A DNA stretch of 64,000 bases, taken from NCBI RefSeq assembly GCF_000181795.1, contig NW_003526941.1:7925954-7989953 (forward strand), read 5' to 3'. The translations under genes were made by a program, and so were the position numbers. Below are positions 41,422 through 54,438 of this stretch, piece by piece. The notes under the pieces are model-generated. The model was given only the letters and a program-made list of their open reading frames with translations, searched no databases and was not told where the DNA came from. The DNA comes from Trichinella spiralis (Eukaryota). How positions within the stretch are numbered: the stretch's first letter is position 1; every line of letters starts with the position of its first letter.

Positions 41422-44400
41422 TTATCCGTCGCTGGCGCAGTCGTATTCGAGCTTGTCGCTGCAAGGCTGCAATTCAGTGCCGAAATAGCGATCACCGAAA
41501 TTGCCTATTCCTGGAATGATGTGATAATTTGGTGACAGTTGCTTGTCGACAGCAGTAGTGACCAGTCGAACTTTGGGAAACGCATACGCGACACTTTGCA
41601 CTCCAGTTTCAGCCATCAACAACGCCAACAAGGTGATATTCTCCTCCGGAACGTCGTGATCCAAAAGTATTCTTATAGCCATCATTGCCGCAGCACCGGT
41701 TGCCACTGTGGCGTCCATCAGCAGAATATGATAAGAACTGATTTCTTTGGGCAAAGTTAAATAATACAATTCCGGCTCCATGGAATCTGGATTTGTTTGA
41801 ATGAGAATTTTACTAATGATACAGTCTTTGAGCACCTCACGCAACGCCGTTTCCATCGTCTCGCCGGCTCTGAGAATGCTGACGCCACAAATTAGTCGAG
41901 CTTTGCGCCGCTTGCCGGCGTATATCAAACCCGAAGGACATTCCACATTGCAATCGCTGAACGGCAGCAACGATAACGCGTGCTCAATAAGCAAACGCAT
42001 CAGTCTGTTGGAATAGAAGATAAATTCCGATCGAGGAGCATTTTTATTTCGAATCAACGAATGCAAGCCCTATGAAAACAACAAACAATACACTATCATT
42101 TCAAATGACCATCATCCAAAGCTTCTACTACTGACTTGATAACAACAACTTGTGCAAACAACACAACAATATTTGCATTATTATTATTATTATTAACATT
42201 ATTATTTACTTATTCCCTTTCCAATCTCGCATTGCGGTGCTTTGCTATTTTTAAACATTCATAAATAGACTAAATATACTTGAACAGATAAAGCTTTAGT
42301 CGTGTCGACCGAAAATTATCATCACCAATTTTGAAGTATAACGAATGACAATCACAACAAGCATGTGAAGTTGTGTACAATAGAATGCAATGCAACAAAT
42401 TGCTGCTCCATACATTGGACGTAATTAATCATTTTCTCTTTCCAACACTTTTCTCTCAGTTGTTAATTAAACGCTTGTATAAAAGATGAATAATCTTTTT
42501 AAAAAATTAATGAAAAATAAAATATGAATTAAAAGAAATATATACATTTAATTAATTTCTTTTAATTAAAAAATAAATAACTTACTCGAATTTGAGGTGT
42601 CTGTTTCAAAACGTGCAAACTAGGCGGAGGTTTAGCTTGCAAGCCGTTACCATTGCGACCGTTCAAAGCGCCCATTGCCAGTTGTGCTCGATTCTTCACC
42701 GTCAAATCGTGAAGACAAGTTTTGACGTGAAAAACAATCAAATCAATACCAACATGATTCTCACCACCACGAGGAATTATCACATCGGCATAACGCATAC
42801 ATGGGGCGATGAAGCTGTCGAAAGCAGGCTTAATAATGAAAAAAAGAACATCCAATTATTATTTATTTACAAATAAAATCGTTACATCGTGCACAGATGT
42901 TTCAATTTATATTTTCCTACAATAATTCATCATCTATTATTTACATTCTTTTATATCACAATTATTATTCATTTCACTGCCATGCCGTGTTAGCTCAGCT
43001 AAACATTAAATGAAAATGTAATAAAATGAAATCAAAAAATAATAATAATACATGCAAAACCTCTTGACAATTACTAAGCTTAATCAATGTATGCAAGTAT
43101 GTTTACTAAGACATGCAAAAAGAACATTGTGAATTACCTTGACAAAATTGTTGTACTGCTCTAGAACACCCTCAACGTCCCGACCCCTTTCTAAAATATC
43201 TCGACTAAGGCGGCGAGCCAAACGAATATCAGCGTCCGTGTCCACAAATACTTTCAAATTCATCATGTCGAGAATGTCTTTTCGATGAAAAGCTAATATA
43301 CCTTCGAAAATCAACACCGAAGCCCCGTACATTGTTTTGTTCATCTTTTCCCGGCTATGGGTAGAAAAATTATACACTGGCACCTGAAATGAAAGTGGAA
43401 ATAGTTTGATAAAGAAATAAATTCTTATTATTATTAAAATGAAAATAGCAAACTAACCTCAACTCGTTTACCTTCTTTCAAGCGGATTAATGTACGATAC
43501 AGCAGATCAAAATCAAATGCGTCAGGATGGTCAAAATCATGCTTATTGTTCAACGCAGCTTGATGCTGTTCCGGCGTTAGCACTTTGTAAAAGCTGTCCA
43601 TGCTGAGCAAAGTAACCCACTGAATATCCAGTGCTTCGATTATTCTATTCGCCACAGTTGTTTTGCCACTGGCGCTGCCACCACAAATTCCGATTATGAA
43701 CGGTTCACGTAGTTGATAGCCTGAATTATCATACCACGGAGGACGACCAGCAGTGTAGAATACCTAATTGCAAACAATCAATATTGCTACATATCACTTT
43801 GAAAAATAAACATATTATTCGTATACAATTGCGAATCATAAAAAATTTTTTTCATGAAATGTGAAATTATTTCACGTATTAAATAAAATAAAATAAAAAC
43901 TAAAACTTATATAATAATGACAATATAGCATAAAGTTAGCAAGTTAAATTTGACATGTTCTACAAATGAAAGAAATGTCAAATCTCATTTAGTTCAGACA
44001 AAGATCAATCTACTCATTTCACTCTGAAAAATCAACATAATTAATTTTTGAAAAATGTCACCTATAATTTACAAAAAAATATTTTATAAATACACTAATA
44101 CCTATTGAAAATAAAATTAAGTTTCGCTATAAAAAAGTTTTTTACATGAGTGTAAATCTGATTCTGTAACAATTAAAAAATTGCAAAAACTCTGTGGCGT
44201 TGCTCACTTTTCCATTCCATCGTAAAATGTGATCTTCAACTTTGGAGCCGGAATGAGTTCTCCGCCTGGATTTCAGACTGCCAGAATCAGAATCATTTTC
44301 TTCGTTGCTTGTGCTTGCCCTCAACATCCGCCCATTGGATAAACTAACATCGTTGCTCGCTGTTGAAACATTTGCTCGTCGTCTGCTCGACGATTCTGCT

Positions 44401-44441
44401 TCGTCATCTCTGTTTTTATGTGCTTCGGCCAGATCAACCAT
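41422..44441 (-). CDS. UCKL1: Uridine-cytidine kinase-like 1 (uridine kinase + UPRTase domains)
   Basis: [21 protein letters not shown] (P-loop), [63 protein letters not shown]. Confidence 0.95.
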
Positions 44442-47400
44442 AACATCTGACGCTGATAATGAGTGAGAAATGAACATCCAAAACAACAAACCAAAAACCT
44501 GCTTTTTTCAGACTGTAGGTACAATGAAAAAAACACAACCACTAAACAATTATTTTCACTATTTATATGGCAAGAGAGCAGTTCTAATAACCCGACCAAT
44601 GCTAATTACAGCAGTGTCAAAATGATAAATTTACAGTATTATAACAACTTGAAAATCTAAGGAAAAACTGACATACCGTATACCGCTTTTGTAATTTAAT
44701 TCGAAGGACATTATTATTGACAAAAACAATATAAAAAATCAAAAAAATATTTCGTAAAATTAAAGAAAAAAAGCAAGATACGTAAACGTAAATTAGGAAA
44801 TTGATGCAAATAAAACCGACTACATTTTATAATTAACTTCAGATGAAAAACAAAACTCATGTCATCCGCATAAAGGTAAAATGCAAACCTTTACTGATGA
44901 CAAACAAGCTATCTGAATTTACATTAATATACAATCATTCGGATAAAGTTTTCTTTTTTATTCATTCAACAATGATTGAACAACATAACCGATCATTTGC
45001 AGTTGTGCAAGAACACAACTTTCTCAACAAAATTTATACAAGTGAGCAGGAAAACTTTACTGTTCACTCTCGCTGTTTAATGCGCCTCACAATTTCAAAA
45101 ACTACTTCAAGCATGACAATTTGAAAACAATAAGCGCAACATTTGATCAAATGCGCTTTCCAATTTGTTCCAGCCAATAGTTCGGTGCCAAAATGTTGTC
45201 AGTGTCGTAAAACTGAAACTAGTAATTAAAACTAGATACTCACGCAGTGATGAATACTGAATTATATTTTTTGCACAAAAAGTTATACAGAAAATACTGA
45301 AAAGCACGTTTAATTTAAAAAATTCACATAACTTCAATCTGACAAGACTGATTATAAATTATAAATGAAAAATGTAAAAAACAAACGAATATTATTCGTA
45401 CTGAACAAAATGCTTAGTTCTTCAAAATGCAATTACTACAGTATATAATGAAAAGCAAGTTGCTGCATTTTTCACGTACTGATAGTTGAACAAGTGTTTA
45501 GTAGAATAAAATTAAAAAATTTAATTCTGAAAGATACAAGCATATATATGTATTCGACAAACTAAAATATGAACGCAGTAAATTGTTGCTAAAACAGTTT
45601 TTTTTTTCAAATACTATCATACTGCATTACAAGTGCCTATAAAAAACTGGACTTTATCAATAAAAAAGAATTAAAAATTATTTTACCAGAAAAGCTACAA
45701 TTCACAACACAATCATGATCATTTTATTCAAATTATACGAACTGAACGTTCAAAAAGGTGGAGACAAGATTAAAATATACTGCTTCTTAAAAATTAATAA
45801 CAGTAAAAACACTGACAGAGAAGAAAGATGTAAATTTCTGAATATTTTTGCCATCTGCGGAAATACGTTTGAATTCTGTAGATAATTGAATCTGACCGCC
45901 ATAGCCGATAAAGAAAAGCAAACAAAAAGTATGATCACGATGCAAATCATGCTTGTTGAATAAAATAAAATAAATGAAACCATCAAAAAATACTACTGAA
46001 AAACACATCCTGACATTTATATAAAAAGAAGGGTAAGTGAAAAGAAAACTTTATAAATAAATAAAATACTAAATACTGACAATAAATTATTTTCTATAAC
46101 AATTTATAAAGTGTGACCTTTTATCTAAAATTTCCAGTCGGCCATTTATCACAAACGCGCATTACAATTGTCCGATGATCAGTAATCAGTAATTGTCGGT
46201 GTTATTTAGAAGCTCAATAGAATGGGATATTTGCTAAGCAAAGCTCAGACTGTTGTTGTTTGCGAAGAAAAAACATCCCTTAATCACAATTTCCTGAACA
46301 TTGTAAAGTCATGGTCAACATGAAAGAAAAAAGTGAATAGCATCAGCATCGTTCAATTATTGTAAACTGATACTGCTCACTCATTTGGATCGCACGCAAC
46401 CTTGATACAATGATACAGATCACCAATAATACTAGAAAAGATCATCCAATCTCTAAAGTTGGCAGTCAATTTTTACCGGCTTGGAATTGGGCCGAGATGA
46501 ATAAAATGAAAAGATTATTCACTGTTATTGTAGTATTAATCTGAAAAATACTTTCATTTCCTACTCTATCGTGCAGTGCATTGCATAACTCACAAAACAA
46601 AAAAACCGCTCATAAAAAGTACTGATAAAAGCTAGAAGCAGATGAGATAATAATGATAAATGCACACACACACACACCTATATATATATTACATGCACGA
46701 GTGACTGACAGTTTTATCACCTTGGCCTTTTGTTCCACAATACACACATATATATATGCATACAGATATGTGTGCAAAAATATACATCCCTGCATAAGAA
46801 AGGTTAAAATGCTGATGCTAGGGAAGATTTTCTTTATAACAAAGTTCAGCAATAAATCACTAACGAATAAGATGAATTTGAGAAACAACAATACTGCTTG
46901 CTTGCTTTTTAAAGTTTCAATTTTTAAAAGCATCGGTTTTCAATGTTGAATTGAAAAAAAATTTTTTTTGTTTTTAGATCATCGAATATGAATTACAGCG
47001 ACAGTAATTAGCTTGTGACATGGAAAGCGGCCAGGCATGGGACAACTGTTGGAACATCTGCTCGACCTTGCGGCCAGAATCCGTGAGAAAAATTTTCCAC
47101 CCAACACAATATATAAGATGGAACTTTCACGTCAGAAGCATGCCCAATAAATCTCTAAAGGCAACATTTAATAAATAATCGTCAAATTGTTGTTATATAA
47201 TTGTTTGATCACTTTCAACTGCTCAACTTCGATGATTAAAATTCAAATTCAAAAAAAGAATAGTATTTCAATATTCCGGGTTCTTTTAAAAACAAAAAAA
47301 TGAAAAATAAATAAATCACGCTTGATAGAAAATTATCATGATAAAACGCACTGAATTAAGATGACAGCATCAAGAAATTTCCAAGGTCAATTGACAATGT

Positions 47401-50084
47401 GCGCTTGTTGTCAGTTTGTATCATTTGATAAAACTGAGCATAATCTAGTTGAGCTTTTATTCATCAATTTCAATCATTTTCATTAATAAAATGGAACATT
47501 TACTTTAGCAGGCGAACAAATTTCACTTTATGCATATCAAGGAGAAAAGTTGCCGTTTTTGGAATATATATATATATATGTTTTTTTTTCTTAGCAAAAG
47601 TCAGTTAATCGATAATATCGTCGATGCCTTTCAGATTGATCAACTGTCTCGGTCACGGACAAGATAAAATCATCACTCGTCGTCAGTGACAGTGAATAAT
47701 TAATAAATAATAAAATAACAATAATAAAAATTGTCCAGAAAAACAAGTGAATTTTTTTTTCATTTTCAAAACAAACTGACCTGTGAATCATTATCACTGT
47801 ATTATTTGTATCAACTATTAAAAACAAATTAGATAAACGGATTGTTTTGTTTTTGTAAAAATTATTAAATATGAAAGAATAAAAATAAAATGAAAATTTT
47901 GTTTTTTACACATATACCAAAACGAAATTTGACCTGACCTGAAATTTTTGAACAAAGACGAGCTTTCACTGTATTGTTGTTAAGCATACTGAACGTTGTA
48001 AAAATGTTCTCTGCCACTAGCAGCAGTAGAAGCAAAAAACCGGAAAAAGGAAACCAAAAAACACACAGCAGAATGTAGAATAATGAAAGAATAAATAAAT
48101 TATAGCAAACAACACCAATTTGCTGGTGTGTCGCTTTCCGTTGAACAAATAATAATAAAACCCAATGGAGTAGAAAAAAAAAGATAACCATCCTGTGGTT
48201 TATTCAAGAAAAAAGAAAAGTGAAAATTTGAAAATAAATTTATAATCCACTACGAATTTCTTATTGTGAGATTTGTTAATATTAAGATGTTGAAATTAAT
48301 AATAATTGCATTGAACAAAAATGCACACAAAAATATTTGTATAATATTTCCCAAATGGATTGTCAGTACAAATTGCCAGAAAAAAATTGAATATGTTAAC
48401 GGTGACGCTTTTTCTTGCACAATCTACAAATGAGGTAAAGGGGGACAAAGCACAAAGGTATAAAAAAATATGCTCAGTCAGAAGCGTTGTCTGGCGTCAG
48501 GCGGCACCTTTGAACATTGTGGTGGATAATCAGCTGAACATGGGGGAAAAAAGATCTCCAGAGAGCCTCAATGTACAGCAGTGGTAACAAATGTCATACA
48601 AAAAGCAATTAAGCTGAGCAACAAAAGCCGCAAAGGCGTGCCGCCCAAGCTGACCTCGATCCACTGCAGCTTGAACACCTGCTTTGAACTGCCAACTGAG
48701 ACTGATCGTCAGTAAACACGACATACCGCCAATGATGGTCAATGGTCGTAGACACGGTCATCAGTTGTGTACATTGCAGCTAAGAAAAACAGAACAATCC
48801 CAACTAATAATACTTTTCGCATATACTGATTAAAATCATCGATTTGCTCTCATCTCATCCCATATCCCCAAATGTAAGCTACCTGATTTATAAATAAGCG
48901 CTGCTATTGACTGTCACTTGACATACCGAACTGTACAGAACAGTAATCCGTCTGAAAAACTGATTGATCTATTCATACTGCGACTATATTCATCGTTCTT
49001 TTATAAATTCATCTCTTTGAAAAATAAGTAAACCTTTCCACTGAAGCAGGAGATTATTTATCAGCAAATTTGTGCAATTACGCAAGCAAAGTTCCAGTAT
49101 CTTATAGTTCTCGAATTCAAGATATGGGCGGATGATGCGCCGATGTGGAAAATTGACACAGTTCAGCATGGCCTGCTGAAGAAGAAGATTAGCCTTTAAT
49201 AAGGGACAAAATGAACCTATACAATACTGGTGTCGCGTTTCTCGGTCTCACGCAGTAGCAGATGGTCAGCGGGAGAAGTGTGGGAATTTCCTAACGTGGG
49301 AACAACAACATACAAGTGTCCAAATCCAATATGCCCGAAGACAATTAACAATAACAACTCACCGAACAGCTGCCTGCACAACATGCCATGCTTACTTTAT
49401 TGCAACGTAATCTCTCTCTGGCATGTTCAACAACTGTGGGAAACAAGTTTTCAAAAGAATCAAATTTCGCACTGAATAAAAAAAATAAAATGAATATCTG
49501 AATAAATTTCGTCAAATCACAACATAAATTCATCCATGATTCAATTCAAATGTTTGTCAGTTGTTCAATTATCAATTCAACGTCACTTACTATAACCAAC
49601 AAATATATATATCAGTGAAGCGTAAAAATTTTCCAAGAACAAAACAAAATATTATAGTCTAATTTTTGATGTTTTCACTTGTTCAGCAAATTGAAATTTA
49701 ACTAATTAACCAATTAATTAATTAAATTCAGTATAATAATGTATCGCTCGCAAAAAGGTGCTACGTTCCCATGCTTGCTAGCTCGCTCGCTCGCTAGCCA
49801 CCTGTTGTTGTAGAGAAGAAAAGATTTGGTTATGTTATGTGGTAAAGTTGCTCGCCGACCGGTCAACCAATAGAACGGGAGCCATTGTCTAATGTAGACA
49901 ATGCGTTCGTTTTATAGACGTTTACTGTCTATTCTGAGCGGTAAGTACACTTGACGACTAATAAAAGTATTTTTCCCACAGTAGCCCACTGCGCCACGTC
50001 GACCTGGATTTTTTCGGTCGACGCTGATTGGTCGAAATTTTGAAGACCAAATTCCACCCTTGTTACTTGTCCATTTACAATCAA

Positions 50085-50116
50085 TCAGTCAGTCAGTCAG
50101 TCAGTCAGTCAGTCAG
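50085..50116. repeat. (TCAG)n tetranucleotide repeat upstream of the LRR gene
   Basis: Directly visible. Confidence 0.9.
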
Positions 50117-50219
50117 TGAGCTAGTGAGCAAGTTTGTGAGAGACAAACTGTGTCCAACCACAGATCATCTACAATTCAAATAGCTCAGTGATTCCACTGC
50201 CAAAAGCTGAGATAAAAAA

Positions 50220-52445
50220 ATGATTTCAGTGTCGCTAGTTAATCTGGGTTCAATTTTTCTCCAAATAGCACTCCTTTCAACAATTCGACCATGTTCAACA
50301 ATGCCTTTGTGGCCATCGTCAGATTTTCATGCATCTAATGTCGTCAATGATGGTGCCGTTGATGAAGGTAAATGGCCCGTGGGCAGGTGTTGCCCAAGGG
50401 GCTGTCAGTGTGGTGTGCGCTATTCGGAACGATTCCGTGAACTGCTGAAAACGGTCGACTGTTTCAACGCCGGTTTGCAAGCTTTTCCTGAAAATTTGCC
50501 TTCTGACACGCAAGCACTGCTGCTGAGACACAACGGAATTCGCCTCCTGCCTGGAGCAGAACTGTGGCTACCGGATTTAGTGCAGCTCGATTTGTCGCAC
50601 AACCGTTTGAACGCGTTGGTCAGTCAAGATTTTCACGAACACGTCTTCGACGGTATGTACAATTTGCGTTCTTTGGATCTGAGCTCGAACGAATTGCGAA
50701 GGCTGTGCTTGAACGATTTCCGTGGTCTGTTCAATTTGGAAGAGCTGAACCTGGCCGACAACAGAATTTCCTCCGCAGCCGACGGTGCTTTCCACGGTCT
50801 GCTCAAATTGGAAACACTTCGGCTGTCCGGCAATCGGTTCACGTTCGTTCAAGCCGGCTGGTTCGACAATTTGCCCGCTTTGCGTTCTTTGGCTTTGAAT
50901 CGCAATTATTTGACACTGTTGACGGCGGACAATTTTCGATCCCTCAGCCAATTAGTTTCTCTGGATTTGTCGAAAAATCGCATATTCCGCATACACGATA
51001 CCGCGTTCAACAGCCTCAACCGCCTGGACGTGCTTCGCCTGAGCGGAAATACGCTGGTCAGCGTGCCCAGGAGAGCGCTGCACGCGTTGAGACAGCTCAG
51101 ATCAATCAATCTGAGTCAAAATCCCATCTTTCGAATACAGACCGACGACCTGGCCGATCTGCCCCAACTGCGCGACGTCAACTTCAGTGCGATGCAACGT
51201 CTACGTCTGGTCGACCGTGGGGCTTTCAAAAATTTGCCCAACCTCTTGGTGGTCGATTTGCACGACAATCCCTACCTTGGCTACGTGGATCGACTTGCTT
51301 TCGTCAACACCCCTGCCGTCAGTCATCTATTTTTGCACAACAACAACCTGACCGTCCTGGAAAGCGACGTGCTCGACGCGTTGCCGGCCCTGCAGGAGAT
51401 GAGCCTCTACGGCAATCCGATACGATGCGACTGCAACGTACGATGGCTACGACAACGCCTGTCCAAACCGGGAACGGTTGTCTACCACGAAGCGGACCGA
51501 ATCGTTTGCGATTCACCGATGGAACACAAATACAAACAGTTCACCTCCTTAAATCCGGACACCGACCTCCCGAGCAGCTGCGCCCCGCGTATTTTGTACA
51601 TGTTCGATCCGACGAACAAACGAGCAGTCAGTGAATCGATCACGTACGATTGTCGGGCAGTCGGCGAGCCGAGACCCAAGATTCAGTGGTTCGTCGGTGT
51701 GGACGGCGGTCGTCCAATCGAGCCAAGCGTTTACCATCCCAGACGTCGGCTGGTCAACGGTCAAACCTTGTCGCTCGACAAACTCCAAGCCGACGATACC
51801 AACACGTACACCTGCGTGGCCGAAAATCCAATCTCAACTGCTAAATCCAGCACAACGCTTCAAATCACCACACTCCAAGTACGCTTACATATCTCAACGG
51901 TGACGTCGACGACGGTTACAATCACGTGGAACGGTTCCAGTTCAGATTCTACCGTTTTTCAAATATTCTACCGACCAGTTACTTCTCAACAGCAAAAACA
52001 ACAACACCAATACGCGGGTACTGTAACACCAGCAATGCACACTTATACCGTGCACAATTTGAGACCGAATACCATGTACGATTTGTGCATGGCGGTGGAA
52101 GATAGTGACGATGTGATGGTCAATCTGTCCTGCAAACGTGCTGGCACTGAACCACTGCAAAGTCAACAAAGTGTGGAACACAGCGATCGTCTGGTGATTG
52201 AACCGAGCAGTTTGAAAAACAGAAACGAAAGAGCAACACTGGCAGCTGTCCTTGGAGCTTTCGCCTGTTCGGTAATACTGCTTTGTTTGGTCGCAGTTGC
52301 CGTTAGCGGTTACAGAGCCATCCAACGACGTCAAGCAGGACAAGCATTCAGCCGGTTGTCAGATTTGTTCTCAGCTAAAAATGCCGTTGCATCTTTGGAA
52401 CAACTGGCTACACTCAAAGCAAACGGATACACAATAGGAAGTTGA
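50220..52445 (+). CDS. LRR-Ig-FN3 single-pass receptor, LRRN/NLRR-like, single coding exon
   Basis: 741 aa ORF: signal peptide, LRRNT (CPRGCQC), about 12 LRRs, LRRCT (NPIRCDC), Ig domain (CRAVGEPRPKIQW...YTCVAEN), FN3 (LRPNTMYDLC), TM helix, short tail. Confidence 0.93.
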   Translation: MISVSLVNLGSIFLQIALLSTIRPCSTMPLWPSSDFHASNVVNDGAVDEGKWPVGRCCPRGCQCGVRYSERFRELLKTVDCFNAGLQAFPENLPSDTQALLLRHNGIRLLPGAELWLPDLVQLDLSHNRLNALVSQDFHEHVFDGMYNLRSLDLSSNELRRLCLNDFRGLFNLEELNLADNRISSAADGAFHGLLKLETLRLSGNRFTFVQAGWFDNLPALRSLALNRNYLTLLTADNFRSLSQLVSLDLSKNRIFRIHDTAFNSLNRLDVLRLSGNTLVSVPRRALHALRQLRSINLSQNPIFRIQTDDLADLPQLRDVNFSAMQRLRLVDRGAFKNLPNLLVVDLHDNPYLGYVDRLAFVNTPAVSHLFLHNNNLTVLESDVLDALPALQEMSLYGNPIRCDCNVRWLRQRLSKPGTVVYHEADRIVCDSPMEHKYKQFTSLNPDTDLPSSCAPRILYMFDPTNKRAVSESITYDCRAVGEPRPKIQWFVGVDGGRPIEPSVYHPRRRLVNGQTLSLDKLQADDTNTYTCVAENPISTAKSSTTLQITTLQVRLHISTVTSTTVTITWNGSSSDSTVFQIFYRPVTSQQQKQQHQYAGTVTPAMHTYTVHNLRPNTMYDLCMAVEDSDDVMVNLSCKRAGTEPLQSQQSVEHSDRLVIEPSSLKNRNERATLAAVLGAFACSVILLCLVAVAVSGYRAIQRRQAGQAFSRLSDLFSAKNAVASLEQLATLKANGYTIGS

Positions 52446-53359
52446 TTGGTCAAGAAATTGGAAAAAGTCATTTTCTTCTTCTTCTTCTTCCAATTGTGCA
52501 TTTCACCATTCCCGCGTGCCTTGCCTTTGTTTTTATAACATACCCGCCTCAGCCAAAGAGATCTACACTTTGTTTAAATCAAAGTGTGATCGAATATCTC
52601 CAACACGGTTCTAATACTATTTCCGTTTTGTTGCCATATGTACAATTGTTGTTATTCTTTTTTTGTTAAAACAAATAAAATTTTAAATTATAAATATACA
52701 CTTGTTTGTTGCATTATTAAAATACGGAAAAAAATGCAGCTCACATTACTGGACAATGTACACTTAAAAAGAAACTAAATTCCTAGAAACCCATATATAC
52801 TTGTAGAGAATGTGTAGAACATCTTAAAAGCTTTTTTTATAATGAATACACATTGATAATTAGATCGAATAGCTTTCACTGAAATCGATGCACTTATATA
52901 CTTATTTAAGAATTCATTAAACATCTGGAATATGCTGTATGACAAAAATTTGACAGATTGCCGTTAGTGCCAGGGTCATTTATATGATAACAATTTGGCA
53001 TTATTAATATAAATTGAAATGAAATTGCATTAAAAAACTCAAATCATCAAACATCATACGCACAAATAAGTAATAATTGAATTATAATATCTAAATTTAA
53101 AAAACGAAACAAAGAACACAACTCCAACACAGACAAATTCGTTCATTCGTTGAAGAGAGAAGAAGTATGAAAACACTAAAATTAAATATTTCAATGGATT
53201 TAATGTTGGATTAATAAAAAACAAAAAAAAACAATGATAATAATAAGAGCAAATATTAATCGAACAATTATTCGTTAATTTTCTTTATATCCATTATATA
53301 TGCTGCATGGAAAATTGTAAACGGAGAAGCTGCCAACGCATGAGCAGTAACAAACAACG

Positions 53360-54010
53360 ACCAATCGGATTAGATCAAATATCAAGTATGAAAAGAAATA
53401 AAGTGAAAGATGATCAATTGCCGGTTACAGTTTACGTAATCTTTTCACTACTGTAACCTCTGAATGAGAAGAGAAAATAATGGGGAAAAGATGCACGTGC
53501 AGGAGTTAGTGTAAATGATGGAGCACCATACCAGGAAATTAAACACGGTCCAATGAAGCTCGGATGCAAATTAATTCATTCACGAATTGACTAAGTGGTG
53601 CAAGAGATATAAAGGCAAGATCGTAAATCTGACTGTGTCCCACTTTTTCCTGAACATGAGTGGACACGTGCAAGAAGGGTTTCGAATTAGTTTTAAGCCG
53701 CGCTTTGTCGCCTATCATAATTGTCTAGATCGAACTGAGCTTTTCCCAATCTAATGGTTCAGCATTCTTGCAAAACCATCATTTCTCCTGACAAAAGATC
53801 TGGTGATGGCCATTGATGACAAAAGTACAACAAGCACAAAAGCTTCTATGATCGTGCTGAGCAATTTCTCAAGGGTCAAGTGAGCCAGTGACTTTACTGT
53901 CACTACTGGTCGAGACAGAACTGAAAAGCAGCCAAGGGCGTTTACCACAAGCAATTACTATGCGCTGTGTTTATTCTTGATTTTTCCCCTGGGTCGCTAA
54001 GGTCAACATA
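53360..54010 (+). ncRNA. Candidate structured non-coding RNA (unassigned)
   Basis: GC-richer island with no convincing ORF; many complementary segments whose G-U pairs work on the + strand; folded by eye only. Confidence 0.35.
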
Positions 54011-54438
54011 CTCCAACACTCAGTGCAAACTTCACATTTTTCAAAGCAAACCATACTATTCTTTTTTTAGCGTCTCACTCACTTTAATTCACAAAATATC
54101 AATTTAATTATGAATATTGGGGGAAATGTGCATAAATTATACAATTTATTTAAAATAACATTTCATGACTACAACCGTTTTTCCTTGCTGATATTTCAAA
54201 ATAATTAGAAACAACAAAATAAAAAATAAACAATGTGTGTCTAAAAACACAAAGTTTATCAAATTCACAATTAAATACAACAAAACTATATGAGCATATT
54301 TTTCATCCCAATAATTAAAGCATAAATATTCACAAAACTGAAATTACAATTACATATTATATTTAACAGTACGGTTACATTCGCTTAGAAGCGTTCTTAT
54401 AAATTTTTACCATGAAAAAGATGAATGACCAACAATGC

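Noticed and set aside
44500..50200. Short ORFs in the long intergenic region
   Set aside because: Low-complexity AT-rich translations with no coherent exon chain; probably regulatory or UTR sequence.
50564..51634. 356 aa overlapping ORF and several antisense ORFs within the LRR gene
   Set aside because: Explained by GC-rich codon bias of the main frame; no recognisable domain.
53553..53591. SECIS-like ATGA...AAA...TGAC stem
   Set aside because: Helix is imperfect and there is no plausible selenoprotein upstream; readthrough of the LRR gene TGA gives a short low-complexity peptide.
53360..54010. Telomerase RNA
   Set aside because: No 1.5-repeat template for TTAGGC or TTAGGG found on either strand.
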